Source: Nitrosomonas europaea
GTDB taxonomy: Bacteria > Pseudomonadota > Gammaproteobacteria > Burkholderiales > Nitrosomonadaceae
NCBI RefSeq assembly: GCF_900167395.1
Contig: NZ_FUWK01000006.1
Location: 45,410-77,409 of the forward strand
DNA length: 32,000 nucleotides
Direction of reading: 5' to 3'
Part shown: positions 1 through 9,945 of the stretch, piece after piece
How the letters are laid out: the number at the start of each line of letters is the position of its first letter
How positions within the stretch are numbered: position 1 is the first letter of the stretch
Position numbers and translations under genes: made by a program
Notes under the pieces: model-generated
Seen by the model: the letters and a program-made list of their open reading frames with translations, nothing else
Told to the model about the DNA's origin: nothing
The model's database searches: none

Positions 1-852
<852 letters not shown>

Positions 853-909
853 TCAGATTACATTCATAAAATCAGGCAATCAGGCAGCACAGCCGAGACT
901 GGAGGTAAT

Positions 910-1422
910 TCAGCTGCCCGCCCGCTGGAAAGATTCGAGTTGTAGCAGTGCCGGTAAATTCAGCATGCGCCAAAGTCTGTCCTGACGGTCTTTGTATATG
1001 CCGGCCACGACAGGTCGTTTGTCCTCATGATCTGACTGGGGAACAAACTCCATCAGATTCCGGATACCGAGAACACTGCCTGCCAGCATGGCATAACTTA
1101 CACCCAGGCGAGGGATGGTCAGAAAGACCCGGTTTTTTGCGCTGATGCAGGTGGATGTGTTGTCAAGATAATGGCTCAAGTCACATAAACCGTAAACATT
1201 ACCACGCACATTGATGACACCGAGGAACCATGGCTGTGTCAGAAAAACCGGGGTTATTTTGGGTACCGGCAATATTTCACTGATGTTACTCATTGGTATC
1301 AGCCACCGGTCTTCACCAATGGTGATTCCCAGTACTGGAATGGTGGCTGAAGTTTCCTGAGCCTTTTTATTGATTTGCTCAGTCAGTGATGACTGACGTT
1401 CCGGCATGGCATTAATTGTCAT
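910..1422 (-). CDS. pilI: CheW-like coupling protein (PilI-like)
   Basis: It is a 170-aa single CheW domain (…WLIPMSNISEILPVPKITPV…PWFLGVINVRGNVYGLCDL…). Its start lies 6 nt after the stop of the PilH-like receiver, which suggests translational coupling. The symbol is assigned by position after pilH only. Confidence 0.7.
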   Translation of the reverse strand: MTINAMPERQSSLTEQINKKAQETSATIPVLGITIGEDRWLIPMSNISEILPVPKITPVFLTQPWFLGVINVRGNVYGLCDLSHYLDNTSTCISAKNRVFLTIPRLGVSYAMLAGSVLGIRNLMEFVPQSDHEDKRPVVAGIYKDRQDRLWRMLNLPALLQLESFQRAGS

Positions 1423-1428
1423 TGAATA

Positions 1429-1794
1429 TCAGTTCAGTCCGGCAATCTTTTGCAATAACTCGGCAGCTACGACCGGCTTGGTAATATAATCCCGCGCACC
1501 TTGTCGCAATCCCCAGATTTTATCGGTTTGCTGATCTTTGGTTGTGCAGAGAATGACAGGGATATGGCGAGTTGCACCATCTCGAGCAAGTATACGTGTT
1601 GCCTGATAACCATTGATTCCAGGCATGACCACATCCATCAGCACCAAATCCGGCCAGATTTCCCTGGCTTTGATGACACCCTCCTCACCACTCTCGGCCA
1701 CTCCCACCTGATAGCCACTCCTGATCAATATACCGGAAATAATATGGCGATCTGTCGGCGAATCATCGACTACCAATATCGTCCTGACTGTCAT
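1429..1794 (-). CDS. pilH: single-domain CheY-like response regulator (PilH-like)
   Basis: It is a 121-aa receiver domain with the acidic pair (VVDDS), a phospho-acceptor Asp (LVLMDVVMPG), Thr (CTTKD) and Lys (ITKP). The stretch DDSPT…VLMDVVMPGINGYQATR…TTKDQQTDKIWGLRQGARDYITKP closely recalls Pseudomonas PilH, which has the same length. Confidence 0.8.
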   Translation of the reverse strand: MTVRTILVVDDSPTDRHIISGILIRSGYQVGVAESGEEGVIKAREIWPDLVLMDVVMPGINGYQATRILARDGATRHIPVILCTTKDQQTDKIWGLRQGARDYITKPVVAAELLQKIAGLN

Positions 1795-2088
1795 ACGTGA
1801 TTCTCTATAAAAAGCTTCATTTTCACCTGCACAATATGCGGTATTCTGTGAAATACCTGAAACAGCTTAAATTCAGTGAAAGTAACAGATTCATATTCTA
1901 AAGTTTAGTCTCCAGACAATAAAGGATGACGGTTAGTAATCAGTACAGATTGATCCGGTGTTAGACTACGCACTTTATGTTTGCAGGATTACTCTGCTGC
2001 GAGCCTCGTGTTGCGGAAAACCCCGATATTGGTATATCACTGTTTCTTTCAGGCAAATAAATAAAGTCTATTGTACGTTTAAATCATT

Positions 2089-2673
2089 ATGCAAAATACT
2101 TTCATCAAGCTGATATTGGGAATACAAATTTTATTCCTTCTAACGGGCTGTGTGCCGATGGTATTGACAGGTGTGGGAGTCGGTGCGGGAACCGGAGCAT
2201 TAATGGTTGAAGACCGCCGCAGCAGCGGGATGTATATTGAAGATGAGAGGATTGAGCTCAAAACCAGCCGCAGAATCGGTGAACGCCTTGGTGACAAAGT
2301 ACACGTGAATGTCACCAGTTTTAACCGTAACGTTTTGCTGACAGGTGAAACCCCTGATGAATCTACCAGGAAAGAAGTGGAAAAGCTGGCTATGAGTGTG
2401 GAAAACGTACTGAATGTTTCCAACGAAATCATCGTTGCACCGAAGAGTTCATTGGCTTCACGCAGCAATGACACGCTGATTACTTCCAAGGTTAAAGCTC
2501 GTTTTATCAATAACCGGGTATTCCAGGTCAATCACATCAAAGTCGTTACTGAGAATGGCGTGGTGTACTTGCTGGGATTGGTAAAACGTAATGAAGGCGA
2601 AAAGGCTACACACATTGCCAGTACCACGGAAAGCGTGACAAAAGTTGTAAAAGTATTTGAGTATCTGGATTAA
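2089..2673 (+). CDS. dolP: BON-domain outer-membrane lipoprotein (DolP/YraP family)
   Basis: It is 194 aa with a lipoprotein signal and lipobox LLTGC. Two BON-like repeats follow (…VNVTSFNRNVLLTGETP… and …IKVVTENGVVYLLGLV…). Confidence 0.8.
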   Translation: MQNTFIKLILGIQILFLLTGCVPMVLTGVGVGAGTGALMVEDRRSSGMYIEDERIELKTSRRIGERLGDKVHVNVTSFNRNVLLTGETPDESTRKEVEKLAMSVENVLNVSNEIIVAPKSSLASRSNDTLITSKVKARFINNRVFQVNHIKVVTENGVVYLLGLVKRNEGEKATHIASTTESVTKVVKVFEYLD

Positions 2674-2717
2674 ACAATACCTTTTTGATCTTTCCGAGCC
2701 ATCCTCGGCATCAGTAA

Positions 2718-4085
2718 ATGCTGCCTGCGGAGTTTATCAAATCACTACAGAATCTGATTCCTTCCGATCGACTCTATTTCGATCCGGTGGATTGTTACGC
2801 TTACGCCTACGATAACAGCAGGAAGTTTTTTCCTCCCGAGTGTGTCATATTCCCTCTGACGACTGATGAAACCGCAAAAACTGTCCGGTTATGTAACCAG
2901 TTCAAAATACCTCTGACACCACGCGGACGAGGCACCGGTACGGCTGGCGGCAGCTTGGCCGAACAGGGCGGAGCTACGCTCTCACTGGAGCAGATGACAC
3001 AAATCATCTCGATCGACCCCCCCAACCGGGCACTCGTCACCGAGCCCGGTGTTTTAAACGAAACCATTCAAGCTGCTGCCAAACCTCATGGCTTTTTTTG
3101 GCCACCCGACCCTTCCAGTGCGGCATTCTCAACTATTGGCGGGAATCTTGCCACCAGCGCAGGAGGACCACATGCGGTCAAATATGGAACAACCCGCGAT
3201 CATGTGCTTGGATTGACCGCAGTAACAGGGAAAGGGGACATTATTAAAACCGGGTGCTATACCACCAAAGGTGTCGTTGGCTATGATCTGACCCGTTTGC
3301 TGATTGGTTCAGAAGGTACGCTTGCTGTCATAACGGAAATGACACTTAAGCTGACTCCGCTACCTGCTGCCAAAAGTGGACTTGTTGCGCATTATCAGGA
3401 TGCTGACAGTTGTGCGTCAGCAATCGTATCTATCATGAAAGAGCCACAAGGACCGAGTGCTCTTGAGTTCTTGGATTCGGGCTCACTTAATCTCATTCGT
3501 GCCAGAAATCCTGAGTTATTACCAAGCGACTCTCAGGCCATGCTGATGATCGAGGTCGATGGTACAGAACATGAAATCCCGGAAACAACAGCAAAACTTT
3601 TAGCTGCTTGCCAGAACTCCGGGTTATTGAAAGCAGTATCCGTTCAGAATACGGCAGATTTATGGAAGGTCAGGAAAACATTATCGCCCTTGCTGCGGGA
3701 TATTGCACCCAAGAAAATCAACGAGGATATCGTAGTTCCAGTCGATAAAATTCCCCGGTTATTGGCCGGATTATCCGCACTATGCAAGCAATATCAGATT
3801 GCCAACGTAAATTTCGGACATGCTGGAAATGGGAATATTCACGTTAACCTGCTCATCGACCCGGACAACCCCAGCGAAAGTGAACGTGCATATAAATGCC
3901 TGGATCAGATATTTGATCTGGTCATCAGCCTCAATGGCACACTCTCGGGTGAGCACGGTATAGGCTCCGAAAAGCGCCCCTATATTGGCAAGGAACTCAA
4001 TGACGCTACTCTGACTTTGATGAAGCAGATCAAACTGACTTTTGATCCTAATAATATTCTGAATCCTGGAAAGCTGTTTCCCTGA
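2718..4085 (+). CDS. FAD-binding oxidase, GlcD/D-lactate dehydrogenase family
   Basis: It is 455 aa with a PCMH-type FAD-binding N-terminus (…PRGRGTGTAGGS…) and the C-terminal oxidase motif …LSGEHGIG…. No glcE or glcF partners are adjacent, so no specific symbol is given. Confidence 0.85.
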   Translation: MLPAEFIKSLQNLIPSDRLYFDPVDCYAYAYDNSRKFFPPECVIFPLTTDETAKTVRLCNQFKIPLTPRGRGTGTAGGSLAEQGGATLSLEQMTQIISIDPPNRALVTEPGVLNETIQAAAKPHGFFWPPDPSSAAFSTIGGNLATSAGGPHAVKYGTTRDHVLGLTAVTGKGDIIKTGCYTTKGVVGYDLTRLLIGSEGTLAVITEMTLKLTPLPAAKSGLVAHYQDADSCASAIVSIMKEPQGPSALEFLDSGSLNLIRARNPELLPSDSQAMLMIEVDGTEHEIPETTAKLLAACQNSGLLKAVSVQNTADLWKVRKTLSPLLRDIAPKKINEDIVVPVDKIPRLLAGLSALCKQYQIANVNFGHAGNGNIHVNLLIDPDNPSESERAYKCLDQIFDLVISLNGTLSGEHGIGSEKRPYIGKELNDATLTLMKQIKLTFDPNNILNPGKLFP

Positions 4086-4157
4086 TCATCCTATCAAAAG
4101 CGACCCCAGTATTACTCTCTCTGGAGCCGCTTATATGTCAATCCAGATTTCTCTGTA

Positions 4158-5054
4158 TCAGAAATAAAAGTAGTGATCTACCAGCAATGCTGTAAACAGC
4201 AGCGCGAGATAAGCTATAGAGTAACGGAAAGCTTCTCTGGCAATCTGGTCAGTGTAATGCAGGTAGATTCTGATTGCGTAATAGAAAAATATCGCATCAA
4301 GAATCAACACACTCCCCAAATAGATCAGACCGCTCATCTGAGTAAGATAGGGTAGTACCGTTACTACACAAAGAATAATTGTATAAAGTAATACATGCAG
4401 ACGCGTAAACTCATCACCATGAGTCACTGGAAGCATCGGCATACCAATTTTTGCATAATCTGTTTTGCGATAAAGGGCCAATGCCCAGAAATGTGGTGGT
4501 GTCCATGCGAAAATAATGAGAAACAGCAATAGAGCATCTGCAGAAATTTCTCCTGTAACTGCTGCCCACCCCAGTACTGGTGGCATTGCACCAGATGCAC
4601 CTCCGATTACAATATTTTGAGGTGTAAGAGGTTTAAGTATCACAGTGTATATGATCGCATAACCGACAAAAGTACCGAGAGTCAGCCACATTGTTAACGG
4701 ATTGACCCATTGGTGAAGCATGAACAGACCAAAGCCACCAATCAATACAAGAAAGAAAAGTGTTTCAGGAACACTTACCTTTCCTTGAGGCAAAGGCCTT
4801 CCCTTCGTGCGAGCCATGATTGCATCGAACTTGTATTCAACCAGGCAGTTAAGGGCAGCTGCTGCACCAGCGACAAGCGAGATTCCAACTGTTCCAAAGA
4901 TTAGTTTATCTAAAGGTACTGCACCAGGAACTGATAAAAACATACCAATCACGGCAGTAAATACAATGAGTGAAACAACGCGTGGCTTAGTAAGTCTATA
5001 AAACTGCTGAACACGTGCCGTTGCCTGTTGCCAAGCTAATGAACTTGTAGTCAT
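4158..5054 (-). CDS. ctaB: protoheme IX farnesyltransferase (heme O synthase)
   Basis: It is a 298-aa polytopic UbiA-family protein (…[11 protein letters not shown]…[10 protein letters not shown]…). GAGGAG lies 6 nt upstream of the ATG, and the gene sits at the end of the cox cluster. Confidence 0.92.
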   Translation of the reverse strand: MTTSSLAWQQATARVQQFYRLTKPRVVSLIVFTAVIGMFLSVPGAVPLDKLIFGTVGISLVAGAAAALNCLVEYKFDAIMARTKGRPLPQGKVSVPETLFFLVLIGGFGLFMLHQWVNPLTMWLTLGTFVGYAIIYTVILKPLTPQNIVIGGASGAMPPVLGWAAVTGEISADALLLFLIIFAWTPPHFWALALYRKTDYAKIGMPMLPVTHGDEFTRLHVLLYTIILCVVTVLPYLTQMSGLIYLGSVLILDAIFFYYAIRIYLHYTDQIAREAFRYSIAYLALLFTALLVDHYFYF

Positions 5055-5082
5055 TACTTACTCCTCACAATCTTTTCTAATG

Positions 5083-5105
5083 ACAGGCAAGTGCTGCCTG
5101 TTTTT
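5083..5105 (+). terminator. canonical-looking intrinsic terminator in + orientation (ACAGGCA-agtgc-TGCCTGT-TTTT)
   Basis: It has a 7-bp GC-rich stem, a 5-nt loop and a T5 run (5101-5105, of which T5101 also closes the stem). Both flanking genes are on the - strand, where the hairpin is followed by CATTAGAAAAG with no U-tract. Confidence 0.5.
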
Positions 5106-5162
5106 ATATTACGTTTTAGATAAAGCCAGATCCAACCTGATTTTCGTCACTTTGCTCACCTG

Positions 5163-5744
5163 TTAATGTTCCAGATGAGAAAGTTTCAGTAATCTTTTCA
5201 AATCACCGACCATCTTCCGCGGATCTGCATTCCTGGGATATCTCATCATTAAGTTACCCATAGGATCAACAACATAAATATGATCTTCCCGCTTGTTCTC
5301 AGCAGGAAACTCTTTCAATAAATCCTTACCATTCGCCAATACCAATCTGGTTCCTTTGAATTTATCGATTGTCTCCTGATCAGGTCTAATATCGTCATTA
5401 ATTAACCACACTCGCTGAACCTTGTCCTTGTCGACATGCTGTGCGAGACGAACCTGTCTGAGCGTATAAAGCTTTTCCTGGCAATATTCTTCACATTTTC
5501 CGGAGTCAATGATTAATAAATTCCAGGTACCTTTCAACTGCCGTATACGAAAAATTGTATTATCCGTCAGATTTGTTGCTTCTCCCTGTAATGGCCTGAC
5601 TTCGAGCAACTCACCATAATTGACGGTATGATCCGGCCGGAAATTAGATCGGTGTAAAAAAGACGAAATGACAATTGGAGATAATATCACCAGCATCATC
5701 AGGATTAGCTTCAGCCGGCTACGCGATACTTTTTCGTTTGACAT
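5163..5744 (-). CDS. membrane-anchored SCO1/SenC-like thioredoxin-fold protein (divergent)
   Basis: It is 193 aa with an N-terminal signal anchor and a CxxxC motif (GKCEEYC). A downstream His lies in a SCO-like context (EDHIYVVDPMGNLMMRY). It overlaps the SURF1 3' end by 26 nt. The function is inferred from these motifs and the cox context. Confidence 0.65.
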   Translation of the reverse strand: MSNEKVSRSRLKLILMMLVILSPIVISSFLHRSNFRPDHTVNYGELLEVRPLQGEATNLTDNTIFRIRQLKGTWNLLIIDSGKCEEYCQEKLYTLRQVRLAQHVDKDKVQRVWLINDDIRPDQETIDKFKGTRLVLANGKDLLKEFPAENKREDHIYVVDPMGNLMMRYPRNADPRKMVGDLKRLLKLSHLEH

Positions 5745-6432
5745 TTAACACGATGTAAATAATCAAAGTCATGACAGCCAGTGAGAACCACTGAAAAGCA
5801 TAACCTATGTTTTTTGAAGATCCGGAATCAGGCTTTTCCCATTGCCTTATCAAACCATCACCCTGTGTCTCATTCTGCTGTAATAGCAGAAAAGGCTGAA
5901 AAGTAAGTTCGGTCAGATTCTGATAGCTATCCAGGCTAAAACTTTGCCAGACTTTACCAGTAAATTGTTTATCCGATAGTGACAACGTCCTGATTGACGG
6001 CGATACAACAACTCCTGTCAGGTAAACCAGTCCATCCGGAGTATAGATATCTGGTAAAAGTGATCGATCGTTACCTCCAGAAACCCAGCCCCTATTAACC
6101 AACACATAAGTTGTACTGTTCACTTGACGTAGTGGTGTAAGCACGTGGTAGCCAACAACCCCTTGATGTGTTTTGTTATCAAGAAATATGGTATGTTCAG
6201 CTTCGAAATACCCGTGAACTTCTACCCGGCGATATAAATAATCATCCAGTTCTATTAGTGGCTCAGGAACTGTAACTGGTGGTTGCTGAGCATAACGTTC
6301 CAGGAGGGCAAAACTGGCCTCTTTTTCTTCCGCTCTGGATAATTGCCAGAATCCTAACTTTAAAAAAAGTGCAATCGCTAAAATAGTAACTGCTGTTGAC
6401 CATAACGCCGGTTTAAATTGCTGTTTGAACAT
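5719..6432 (-). CDS. SURF1 family cytochrome oxidase biogenesis protein
   Basis: The sequence MFKQQFKPALWSTAVTILAIALFLKLGFWQLSRAEEK… shows the typical SURF1 N-terminal TM followed by WQL.R, and there is a C-terminal TM. The track start at 6438 is a GTG, and the ATG at 6432 is preferred. Confidence 0.88.
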   Translation of the reverse strand: MFKQQFKPALWSTAVTILAIALFLKLGFWQLSRAEEKEASFALLERYAQQPPVTVPEPLIELDDYLYRRVEVHGYFEAEHTIFLDNKTHQGVVGYHVLTPLRQVNSTTYVLVNRGWVSGGNDRSLLPDIYTPDGLVYLTGVVVSPSIRTLSLSDKQFTGKVWQSFSLDSYQNLTELTFQPFLLLQQNETQGDGLIRQWEKPDSGSSKNIGYAFQWFSLAVMTLIIYIVLNVKRKSIA

Positions 6433-6460
6433 CAGCACAGATTAATAACTATACATGTTT

Positions 6461-6495
6461 CAGAGGCCCACCTTCTGTAAAGAGCTGGGCCTCTG
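6461..6495 (-). other. perfect 10-bp GC-rich stem-loop in the coxC-SURF1 spacer
   Basis: The stem is CAGAGGCCCA (6461-70) / TGGGCCTCTG (6486-95) with a 15-nt loop. There is no T-tract on either strand. Confidence 0.55.
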
Positions 6496-6545
6496 TCTCC
6501 AATAACAATTAAGTTTATAGCCTAGCTGATTTACTTTTACCCTGG

Positions 6546-7391
6546 TTACACCAAATAGACAAAAATAAACAATCCCAACCAGACAACATCCACGAAGTGC
6601 CAGTACCATGCTACCCCTTCAAACCCGAAATGGTGTTCCGGTTTAAAATGGCCTGACAGACATCTGAAGAAAATTGCAATCAACATGATTGTACCAACTG
6701 TCACGTGAAACCCGTGAAAACCAGTCAGCATGAAGAAAGTCGATCCGTATGCACCACTGGTCATTTTTAGATTGAGATCTGAATAAGCATGGGCATACTC
6801 ATATATCTGAAAGCCAAGAAATGTTACTCCCAGTGCTATCGTTGCAAACAACCACAGTTTTAAAGCACCACGATCATTTTTTTTCAGCGCCCAATGTGCC
6901 AGAGTAATTGTCACTCCAGAGGTCAGAAGCAACATAGTGTTAATTGCTGGAATTCCCCATGCCCCCATTGGAGTAAATTTCTCATCAAATCCAGGACCTG
7001 CTGTCGGCCAGTCTGCAGAAAAACCCGACCAAAGCAATTCCTGATCAGCTCCAGCTAACCAAGGTACTGAAAGCACACGCATATAAAACAAAGCACCAAA
7101 AAATGATGCAAAAAACATAACCTCAGAAAAAATAAACCAACCCATACTCCATCTAAAAGATTTATCTTCCTGGGCTTTATACTTACCTGCTTCACTCTCA
7201 AGTGAAACTTCACGAAACCAGCCATAAATCAGAAAGGCCAAAATAACCAGCCCAGTGATCAGCATGCCATAGCCAAGTGGCAGTTTGTTCATCGTAAACG
7301 CCGCCCCAAACCCCATAAAAAACAGGGCAGTAGAGCCTATAATTGGCCACTTGGATGGGGAAGGCACATAATAACCCGTTCCTTGACTCAT
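6546..7391 (-). CDS. coxC: cytochrome c oxidase subunit III
   Basis: It is a 281-aa, 7-TM protein with C-terminal …HFGFEGVAWYWHFVDVVWLGLFIFVY, which is characteristic of subunit III. Confidence 0.93.
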   Translation of the reverse strand: MSQGTGYYVPSPSKWPIIGSTALFFMGFGAAFTMNKLPLGYGMLITGLVILAFLIYGWFREVSLESEAGKYKAQEDKSFRWSMGWFIFSEVMFFASFFGALFYMRVLSVPWLAGADQELLWSGFSADWPTAGPGFDEKFTPMGAWGIPAINTMLLLTSGVTITLAHWALKKNDRGALKLWLFATIALGVTFLGFQIYEYAHAYSDLNLKMTSGAYGSTFFMLTGFHGFHVTVGTIMLIAIFFRCLSGHFKPEHHFGFEGVAWYWHFVDVVWLGLFIFVYLV

Positions 7392-7415
7392 TTAATCTTC
7401 CTCCTCGTTATTAAC

Positions 7416-7658
7416 TTAACCTGTTACAAGCTTGACTACTGACAAAATACTTAAAATAAAAATAACGCCACCAACCAGACCACCAATTATTATTTGAACA
7501 GGTTTAATCTTGGCTGCATCGTGTTCCAGATCGCTCTTTTTTCTAATACCAATAAATGAAAATAAAACTGCTTCAGCCACCTGATACATAGATGCTTTTT
7601 CCATATCAGAATTTTGTAAAGCTGATGTTACCTTTTCATTTTCTTTTCCCATTTGCAA
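7416..7658 (-). CDS. DUF2970-family small membrane protein
   Basis: It is up to 80 aa. The motif …AVLFSFIGIRKKSDLEHD… followed by a C-terminal TM matches the DUF2970 pattern usually found between ctaG and coxC. The true start may be an internal Met. Confidence 0.7.
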   Translation of the reverse strand: MQMGKENEKVTSALQNSDMEKASMYQVAEAVLFSFIGIRKKSDLEHDAAKIKPVQIIIGGLVGGVIFILSILSVVKLVTG

Positions 7659-7663
7659 CTTAA

Positions 7664-8188
7664 TCAGTTTTTTACGTTGAAAAAAGTATATGAAATCGTG
7701 GCAGTATGGATATCGCCAGGTATTTCCGGATCTATTAAGAATCTGACAGGCAATTGTTTAACTTCTTTGCCTTGTAGCTCCTGCTGCGAAAAACAAAAGC
7801 ACTCTATCTTCTTCAGATATCTTTCCAGATTTTTAGGGCTATAGCTGGGAATTGCCTGTCCAACCTGCACCTCTTCAGACTCATTACTAATCTCATACAT
7901 AACTTCCGTAAGCTTACCCGGATGCAAATGGATATTGGCTTGTAATGACTTAAACTTCCAAGGAAGTCCGCGTACATTTGCGTCTAGCAGCAGGCTGATT
8001 GATCTTGTGTTATCTACTTCGGTATGTTTCGTCAGTGTATCTGGACGCTCCAGCTCGTATATACCAGTTACTTCACAGAATTTTTTATACAGCGGTACAA
8101 GTGCGTAACCAAAACCAAACATAACCACGCTAAAAACAAGTAACTTTTTTAGTATATCTACGTTGGTTTTGGCTACATCTTGTTTCAT
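7664..8188 (-). CDS. ctaG: cytochrome c oxidase assembly protein CtaG/Cox11
   Basis: It is 174 aa with an N-terminal TM and the Cu-binding CFCF motif (KKIECFCFSQQ). Confidence 0.92.
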   Translation of the reverse strand: MKQDVAKTNVDILKKLLVFSVVMFGFGYALVPLYKKFCEVTGIYELERPDTLTKHTEVDNTRSISLLLDANVRGLPWKFKSLQANIHLHPGKLTEVMYEISNESEEVQVGQAIPSYSPKNLERYLKKIECFCFSQQELQGKEVKQLPVRFLIDPEIPGDIHTATISYTFFNVKN

Positions 8189-8298
8189 TGCTGTTTAAAT
8201 ATGACTGTTAGGATATAAACGGCTATCACCATGATAACCAGAATCAATGCAGTTCTTAACTTTCTGCGTTTTAACTCTGCATCCTCATCTTGCGACAT
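8185..8298 (-). CDS. 37-aa single-TM protein in the coxA-ctaG gap (small cytochrome oxidase assembly-type ORF)
   Basis: It is below the ORF-track size cut-off. Translated by hand it reads ATG TCG CAA GAT … CAG CAA TGA = MSQDEDAELKRRKLRTALILVIMVIAVYILTVIFKQQ. AGGA lies 9 nt upstream of its ATG, which is 15 nt after the coxA stop. Its TGA overlaps the ctaG ATG as ATGA, indicating coupling. Confidence 0.6.
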   Translation of the reverse strand: MSQDEDAELKRRKLRTALILVIMVIAVYILTVIFKQQ

Positions 8299-8313
8299 TG
8301 AATTTCATCCTGT

Positions 8314-9891
8314 TTATTTAACGACAGGCGGTGTTTCAAAGCTATGATAAGGAGCTGGCGAAGGCAGGTGTGTCCACTCAAGAGTGGTTGCACCTTCCCA
8401 TGTTTTATCCGCAGCCTTTTCCCCACCCCGTACACACTTAATCACAATGTATACAAACAGAAGCTGAGTCAACCCGAACCCAAATGCACCAATACTTGAA
8501 ATCATGTTGAAATCAGCAAACTGCAGTGCGTAATCGGGAATTCTGCGAGGCATACCAGCCAAACCGAGGAAATGCTGTACAAAGAACGCCACGTTGAAGA
8601 AAACCATTGACAACCAGAAATGCCATTTACCTAATGACTCGTCATACATATGACCGGTCCATTTTGGCAACCAGTAATAGGCACCGGCAAACAATGCAAA
8701 CAATGCTCCCGAAACCAGTACATAATGGAAATGGGCGATAACGTAGTATGTATCCTGCACCTGAATATCTACTGGCACAATTGCGCACACAACACCACTA
8801 AAACCACCAATGACAAACAAGAAGATGAACCCGATTGAAAACAGCATCGGAACTTCAAATGTCATTGAACCTCGCCACATGGTCGCAGTCCAGTTAAACA
8901 CTTTCACTCCTGTCGGAACAGCGATCAGCATGGTCGCATACATGAAAAACAGCTGACCTGCTACAGGCATACCAGCTGTAAACATGTGGTGTGCCCATAC
9001 GAAACATGACAGCAAAGCAATCGAGGCTGTTGCATAAACCATTGATGAATAACCGAACAAGGGTTTACGTGAGAAAGTTGGAATGATCTCTGAAACGACA
9101 CCAAATGCTGGAAGAATCATGATGTAAACTTCTGGATGTCCAAAGAACCAGAAGATATGCTGGAACATCACAGGATCACCACCGCCAGCAGCATTAAAGA
9201 AACTTGTACCAAAATTACGATCGGTCAGTACCATCGTCACCGCACCAGCAAGCACGGGCATTACCAACACAAGGAGATATGCAGTAATCAGCCATGTCCA
9301 TACAAACATTGGCATCTTCATCAATGTCATGCCTGGTGCACGCATATTCAATATGGTTGTAATGATATTGATTGAACCCATAATTGACGACATTCCCAGG
9401 ATATGGACTGCAAACAACATCATATCTGTACCCATACCACCCTGTGTTGAAAGAGGGGGATAGAATGTCCAGCCACCTGCTGCGGCACCACCCGGTACAA
9501 AAAATGAAGTAATCAGCAACAATGCTGCGACGGGTAACAACCAGAAACTCCAGTTATTCAGGCGGGCAAATGCCATATCCGGAGCCCCGATCATTAATGG
9601 CACCTGCCAGTTTGCAAACCCTACCCATGCCGGCATGACAGCACCAAACACCATGATCAATCCATGCAGCGTAGTAAATGAATTAAACACTTCCGGTTCA
9701 AGTATCTGAATACCAGGCATAAAGAGCTCAGCTCTGATACCCATTGCCAGAAAACCACCCACAAACAACATAACAAGACTAAAACACAAATAAAGCGTCC
9801 CAATATCCTTGTGATTGGTTGTGGTCAACCAGCGCATTATACCGGTCGGATGATCATGTCCATGACCATGCACGTCTTGTATTACTGCCAT
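8314..9891 (-). CDS. coxA: cytochrome c oxidase subunit I (aa3-type)
   Basis: It is 525 aa and starts …TTNHKDIGTLYL…. The heme-copper oxidase His ligands are present (…WFFGHPEVYI…, …HHMF…, …AHFHYVL…). Confidence 0.97.
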   Translation of the reverse strand: MAVIQDVHGHGHDHPTGIMRWLTTTNHKDIGTLYLCFSLVMLFVGGFLAMGIRAELFMPGIQILEPEVFNSFTTLHGLIMVFGAVMPAWVGFANWQVPLMIGAPDMAFARLNNWSFWLLPVAALLLITSFFVPGGAAAGGWTFYPPLSTQGGMGTDMMLFAVHILGMSSIMGSINIITTILNMRAPGMTLMKMPMFVWTWLITAYLLVLVMPVLAGAVTMVLTDRNFGTSFFNAAGGGDPVMFQHIFWFFGHPEVYIMILPAFGVVSEIIPTFSRKPLFGYSSMVYATASIALLSCFVWAHHMFTAGMPVAGQLFFMYATMLIAVPTGVKVFNWTATMWRGSMTFEVPMLFSIGFIFLFVIGGFSGVVCAIVPVDIQVQDTYYVIAHFHYVLVSGALFALFAGAYYWLPKWTGHMYDESLGKWHFWLSMVFFNVAFFVQHFLGLAGMPRRIPDYALQFADFNMISSIGAFGFGLTQLLFVYIVIKCVRGGEKAADKTWEGATTLEWTHLPSPAPYHSFETPPVVK

Positions 9892-9945
9892 TATTTTCTC
9901 CTCTAATCTAACGTAATCTAAATCTCAACCAGCAATCGGAATAAA

